Shown: one piece after another, positions 59,988 through 64,000 of the stretch
Position numbering within the stretch: position 1 is the first letter of the stretch
How the letters are laid out: the number at the start of each line of letters is the position of its first letter
From: an uncultured candidatus Porisulfidus sp.
Lineage (GTDB): Bacteria; Pseudomonadota; Gammaproteobacteria; Poriferisulfidales; Poriferisulfidaceae
Direction of reading: 5' to 3'
Assembly: GCA_965199755.1 (NCBI GenBank)
Contig: CBDASZ010000001.1
Location: 352,001 to 416,000, forward strand
Length of the DNA stretch: 64,000 nt
Program-made: the position numbers and the translations under genes
Notes under the pieces: generated by a model
Told to the model about the DNA's origin: nothing
What the model saw: the letters and a program-made list of their open reading frames with translations, nothing else
Database searches by the model: none

Positions 59988-62006
59988 TCAGCGAGGGTGG
60001 CGGATCGGGTTAATGCTCGGCCAGAGCGGCTGCACCGGCTTCTCTGCCAACAGTCGGTAGACGGCCGCATACTCCAGCACCGTTCGAACGTACTTGCGAG
60101 TTTCATGATACGGGATGGTGTCGATCCAGATATCCGCTTCCATACGCTCTTTGGGCAGCCATCGCTGCACCGCGGCCGGTCCTGCGTTATACGCCGCAAG
60201 CGCCATGGCTGGGTTGCCACCGAATTTTTCAAGCATGCGCCTGAAGTAGTGTGTGCCGAGACGGATGTTCAGAGTTGGATCGCGCAAGGATCGGGTGTTG
60301 GGTCGCTTCAGGCCTAGCTGGCGGGCAACCTGCCGTGCGGTTCCGGGCATTAGTTGCATGACGCCGACGGCCCCGGCAGATGAGCGCGTATCGGCGGCGA
60401 AGTTGCTTTCACGACGCGCCAGCGCAAAAGTGAGCGCCACATCGACTTCATTGCGCCCGGCATAATCAACAAACACATCGGCGTAGCGCTGCGGGAAACG
60501 GCGCGTCAGATCATCAAAGGCGCGGGCCTTGCCGAAGGCGCGAATAACACCTTCCGCCCAGCCCCAGTCATGCGCCAGTACCGCGGCATGCGACAGGGTA
60601 ATGGCGTCGGCGTAGTGAAGCAAATCATCCCATTCCTCCCGCGCATTGTGAATGTCGCCGTGGTACAGGAATTCACGTGCTCGCGCGACCGTTGGAGAAA
60701 AGGCCACGGCGCGGAGTTTCTCTTCACTGACGGGATAGGGATGGTGGTTGAAGGCGTACGGTTGCTGTAGCCGCTCAGCCGCCAGAAACCCATAAAAACT
60801 GCGCTGTTTCGCCACATCCTGATAATGCTTCTGACTTTCTTCAAGACGGCCTGTCTGTTCCAGTGCGCGGGCGCGCCAGTACGCGCCCATCTGTTGCATG
60901 GTCGCCGTATTCGGCAGTGCGGTTGCCGCCCGCAGAATGCGGTGCCAGTTGCTGTTGCGCAAAGTGAGCCGCAGTCGCACCTCATGCCATTGCGCATCGC
61001 GCTGCGCTGCCGGGATGGCATCCAGCAGGGTATAAGCTTCCGTCAAGCCATCACTGGCGGCAGAAACAGCAACGTGGTAGCGCAGTGTGTCGATCTGTTT
61101 CGCATGCAGCACCCCGGCTTCAATAAAGCGCTCCAGACGCGCCTGAGCACGCAAGGGATGTCCGCGCGCCAGGAGTTTGATCCCGTGTTCGATCAGATCT
61201 GTGGCGTAGGCGTGACCTGACACAAGACGCTTGTCCCTGAGGTACTTGTTGGGATTGCGGTGGACCTGAATCCAGAGATCAACCCAGCGCCGACTGTCGG
61301 CCGGCAAAAAGCGCTTGAGATAGCGCGCCAGACGGGTATTCCCCACCTGCAGCACCAGTTTGGTGCGTTGCCAGACCAGTTCTTCGTTGAGACCGTTGTT
61401 GCGAAACCAGTCAAGCAGCGGATCGCAGATCTTTGGCCGGGATTTGCCATGCAGCCAGATTGAATTCAACAGCGGGCGCAAGCTGTCGTCGAATTTGCCG
61501 ATCCGAATATGCGCGCGGACATACAGGCATTGCAAGGAGACGTCATCGCGCGGGAAATAGGAGTCGATCAGAGTCTGGTAGCGCTTGCGGCGAAACAGCG
61601 ACGGCAACCAAGCCCGGTGTAGGCGCAGTCCCAGATGTGTGTTGCGGTACGTCACAATGAAATTGGCAATGGCCGACTCGTTCTTGCGCGTCATGCGCGC
61701 GATCAAGTAACGGTACTCCAGATAAGGCTTCAGGGGATAGTCGCCGAGTTTGGGAAGAAGTTCGCGATAGCGCGTGACTTGTCGTTTGCGCAAAGCCTTG
61801 CGCGCGGCGCTGTAAACATCGTGTTGTGCGTTCAGTTGGGCCTGCGCGGCGGCTTCGGTTTCAGGTGAGGCCAAGGCTTGCGGTGCTGCGGGGTTAGCCC
61901 AGGTTTGGGAGGCAAGCAGGCACAGTAAAACCCCGCAAGCCAGCGTATACTGACGGCGAGAGTTACGGGTTTGGGGGAGTGTGGCGATGGACTTGACGTG
62001 GGTCAC
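59988..62006 (-). CDS. slt: soluble lytic murein transglycosylase (Slt70-like)
   Basis: YPLKPYL, FYGFLAA, RRESNF, GAVGVMQLMP, AYNAGP, ETRKYV. Start uncertain. Confidence 0.93.
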   Translation of the reverse strand: MTHVKSIATLPQTRNSRRQYTLACGVLLCLLASQTWANPAAPQALASPETEAAAQAQLNAQHDVYSAARKALRKRQVTRYRELLPKLGDYPLKPYLEYRYLIARMTRKNESAIANFIVTYRNTHLGLRLHRAWLPSLFRRKRYQTLIDSYFPRDDVSLQCLYVRAHIRIGKFDDSLRPLLNSIWLHGKSRPKICDPLLDWFRNNGLNEELVWQRTKLVLQVGNTRLARYLKRFLPADSRRWVDLWIQVHRNPNKYLRDKRLVSGHAYATDLIEHGIKLLARGHPLRAQARLERFIEAGVLHAKQIDTLRYHVAVSAASDGLTEAYTLLDAIPAAQRDAQWHEVRLRLTLRNSNWHRILRAATALPNTATMQQMGAYWRARALEQTGRLEESQKHYQDVAKQRSFYGFLAAERLQQPYAFNHHPYPVSEEKLRAVAFSPTVARAREFLYHGDIHNAREEWDDLLHYADAITLSHAAVLAHDWGWAEGVIRAFGKARAFDDLTRRFPQRYADVFVDYAGRNEVDVALTFALARRESNFAADTRSSAGAVGVMQLMPGTARQVARQLGLKRPNTRSLRDPTLNIRLGTHYFRRMLEKFGGNPAMALAAYNAGPAAVQRWLPKERMEADIWIDTIPYHETRKYVRTVLEYAAVYRLLAEKPVQPLWPSINPIRHPR

Positions 62007-62211
62007 AGAGTTACCACACTATCGTTACGGCTTGACGCTGTTTGCTGCGCTAGCTATTCTTCCCGCGTTGGTCAGCGGCAATATGTTGGTTCACGAACTG
62101 GACCAGTGGAGACGTCGGCGTACGCTTGACATCCGTGCATTGGCCATGAATGCGGCTATTCTAGCAGTAAGTCTGGCGTTAATAGCAGGTGCGATTTTAG
62201 AATGGCGTTGA
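61987..62211 (+). CDS. possible small two-TM membrane protein
   Basis: Two hydrophobic segments and a GGGGAG RBS, but overlaps the putative slt start. Confidence 0.35.
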   Translation: MDLTWVTELPHYRYGLTLFAALAILPALVSGNMLVHELDQWRRRRTLDIRALAMNAAILAVSLALIAGAILEWR

Positions 62212-62354
62212 GTTACGTTTGCTGAGTATGATGTCAGGCACCTACTTGTTATACTAACCTAAAATTAGGTTGGAATGATGGCATGGTATGGCAGGTTTTC
62301 GGCACTGCGAATTTTGGTGTTCGAACCAATTCGTGGTGGTCTGGCCATCCCTAA

Positions 62355-62499
62355 GTCTTTAGCCGCATGCCATGCTTGTATTCTTGTTCCAGAGACTTCT
62401 TGCGAGCAGTACAATCGGTTTTTGGAAAGGGCCATGATCGTAGGACATCCAGATGCGCCTGAGGTAGGGTTCTTCTCACCACTCATACGGAGCAAATGA
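62355..62499 (+). pseudogene. C-terminal remnant of a DUF1998/DrmB-like Zn-binding protein
   Basis: LAACHACILVPETSCEQYNRFLERA is the DUF1998 C-terminal signature. No upstream body of the gene. Confidence 0.7.
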
Positions 62500-62500
62500 T

Positions 62501-64000
62501 ATGGCGGTCATGTGGCCTAGGAAACTACCGCATGATGTTAAATGCAACCCGCTTCGGAGCACGGAGTGTGAGGTGTTCCAGCAGCTGGAAACCTCGCTAG
62601 ATGATTCCTACGTAGTATTTTATTCACGACCATGGCTTGGTTTGAAATCGAATGGAGAAGAAATTGATGGTGAGTGTGATTTTGTAGTGGCACATTCCGA
62701 GTTGGGAATACTGATACTTGAAGTGAAAGGTGGTGCGGTGGGGTATGACCCACACAAGGATCAATGGACAAGTCGTGACCGTTGGGGCGTGACACATAAA
62801 ATCAAAAACCCAGCCCAGCAAGCTGTAGGGTCAAAGCATGTGTTAATAGGGAAGATTAGGGAGTCTGCTGGTTTTAAGAACCGATACATTAAGGCGCAGC
62901 ATGGGGTTGTTATGCCTCATTCTACAACTCCAGATGGTGATCTAGGGCCAAATATGCCGCTCAGTATATGCTGTTTCTGTGAGAGGTTCCGTGATGATTT
63001 CCAAGGTTGGATTCTAGGGCGATTTGGAAATACTAAATTGGATAGGGAGCATCATAAAGGACGTACTGGGTGGTTGGGGAAAGACAACCTTCAGGTATTG
63101 AGAAACAAAGGCCTAAAAGGTTCTACAGCCGAGGGGTTTGGGCAAGACGGTTTGGAGGTGTTGGTAAACATTTTGGCGAAACCTTTTCAGTTGCGCATCC
63201 CGCTTGGTGTCGTACTATCCCAAGATGATGCAGTCTTAAGGACGTTAACTCAGCAGCAGTTTCATATTCTGCGTGCGATAGAAGAGGTGCGGCGAGCCGC
63301 AGTTAGTGGTGGGGCAGGTACCGGAAAGACAGTGCTGGCAGTGGAAGAGGCTTTGCGCCATGCAGAGAATGGCAATCGTACTTTGTTTCTATGTTACAAC
63401 CGTGGCCTAGCTCAAGAGATACAACGTGCCTTGAAAGACAACCTGCTGATAGAGGTGATGACTTTTCATGTAATGTGCCGAGAGTTGCTTAAACGTGCAG
63501 GTTTATTGGAGCAGGTTGATATGAAGACGAAAGAAGCTTATCAGGAAATTATGCCTAGACTTGCGATACAGGCGCTGGAGTGTTTGGCAGATTTTAGATA
63601 TGATGCAATCATTGTAGATGAGGGACAAGACTTCCATCCCCTGTGGTGGAAAACCCTAGAGACAGCGCTCGCCCCCAATGGTGCAGGGCGGTTCCGCGTT
63701 TTCTATGACAACAATCAGCGTATATATTCAGGTGCCAGTAACCTTCCCAAGAATATTGATTTGATCCCTATCCGTCTTAGTCTGAACCTGCGTAACACGA
63801 AGCGCATACATGAACTTGTGCGCCAGCATTACACAGGCCACGAAATTGACCCTATTGGGCCAGAGGGTGTAGAGGTTAAGTGGATCGAAGCGAGCTCATT
63901 TGTCGAACAGGAGAAGAAAATTTTGGAGCATGTGATTCTTTTGGTTAAAGACGGGATTAAACTTGGTGATATTGCAGTTCTTGTCGAAACCGAAGTAACA
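62501..64000 (+). CDS. NERD nuclease fused to a superfamily-1 helicase (partial, runs off the window)
   Basis: Translated by hand: GECDFVV..LEVKGG, Walker A GGAGTGKT, CYN, Walker B IIVDEGQD, NQRIY, NLRNT. AT-richer than the core. Confidence 0.88.
   Translation, partial: MAVMWPRKLPHDVKCNPLRSTECEVFQQLETSLDDSYVVFYSRPWLGLKSNGEEIDGECDFVVAHSELGILILEVKGGAVGYDPHKDQWTSRDRWGVTHKIKNPAQQAVGSKHVLIGKIRESAGFKNRYIKAQHGVVMPHSTTPDGDLGPNMPLSICCFCERFRDDFQGWILGRFGNTKLDREHHKGRTGWLGKDNLQVLRNKGLKGSTAEGFGQDGLEVLVNILAKPFQLRIPLGVVLSQDDAVLRTLTQQQFHILRAIEEVRRAAVSGGAGTGKTVLAVEEALRHAENGNRTLFLCYNRGLAQEIQRALKDNLLIEVMTFHVMCRELLKRAGLLEQVDMKTKEAYQEIMPRLAIQALECLADFRYDAIIVDEGQDFHPLWWKTLETALAPNGAGRFRVFYDNNQRIYSGASNLPKNIDLIPIRLSLNLRNTKRIHELVRQHYTGHEIDPIGPEGVEVKWIEASSFVEQEKKILEHVILLVKDGIKLGDIAVLVETEVT

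Noticed and set aside
1-64000. CRISPR array, IS elements, rRNA, prophage
   Set aside because: No regularly spaced repeats, transposase, integrase or phage structural genes were recognised by eye.

Overview
GC-rich chromosomal segment of a gammaproteobacterium, probably a sulfur/methylsulfur oxidiser (inferred from mtoX and dsrR). The first 17 kb is accessory. It holds a methanethiol oxidase cluster (mtoX, SCO, MauG-like di-haem protein, TlpA) running directly into an NAD-dependent Mo/W formate dehydrogenase. Next come a compact methyltransferase/nuclease pair with decayed defence-gene remnants, an orphan dsrR followed by a NarX/NarL-type two-component system, and a Pho-box-controlled OprO/P porin with a degenerate paralogue. 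It ends with an unannotated 25-aa peptide gene followed by a four-hairpin RNA carrying anti-Shine-Dalgarno and CsrA-type loops. Most of the rest is tightly packed housekeeping genes (trpS, scpAB, tat, his, thi, pur, glnE, holA, proA, prfB with its programmed frameshift, lysS, slt, tRNA-Arg). Among them are two MetY paralogues and a NYN nuclease gene with a structured, switch-like leader. The right edge has a DUF1998/DrmB remnant and a NERD nuclease-helicase. No CRISPR array, transposase or integrase was seen. All family assignments come from motif recognition by eye, not database searches.
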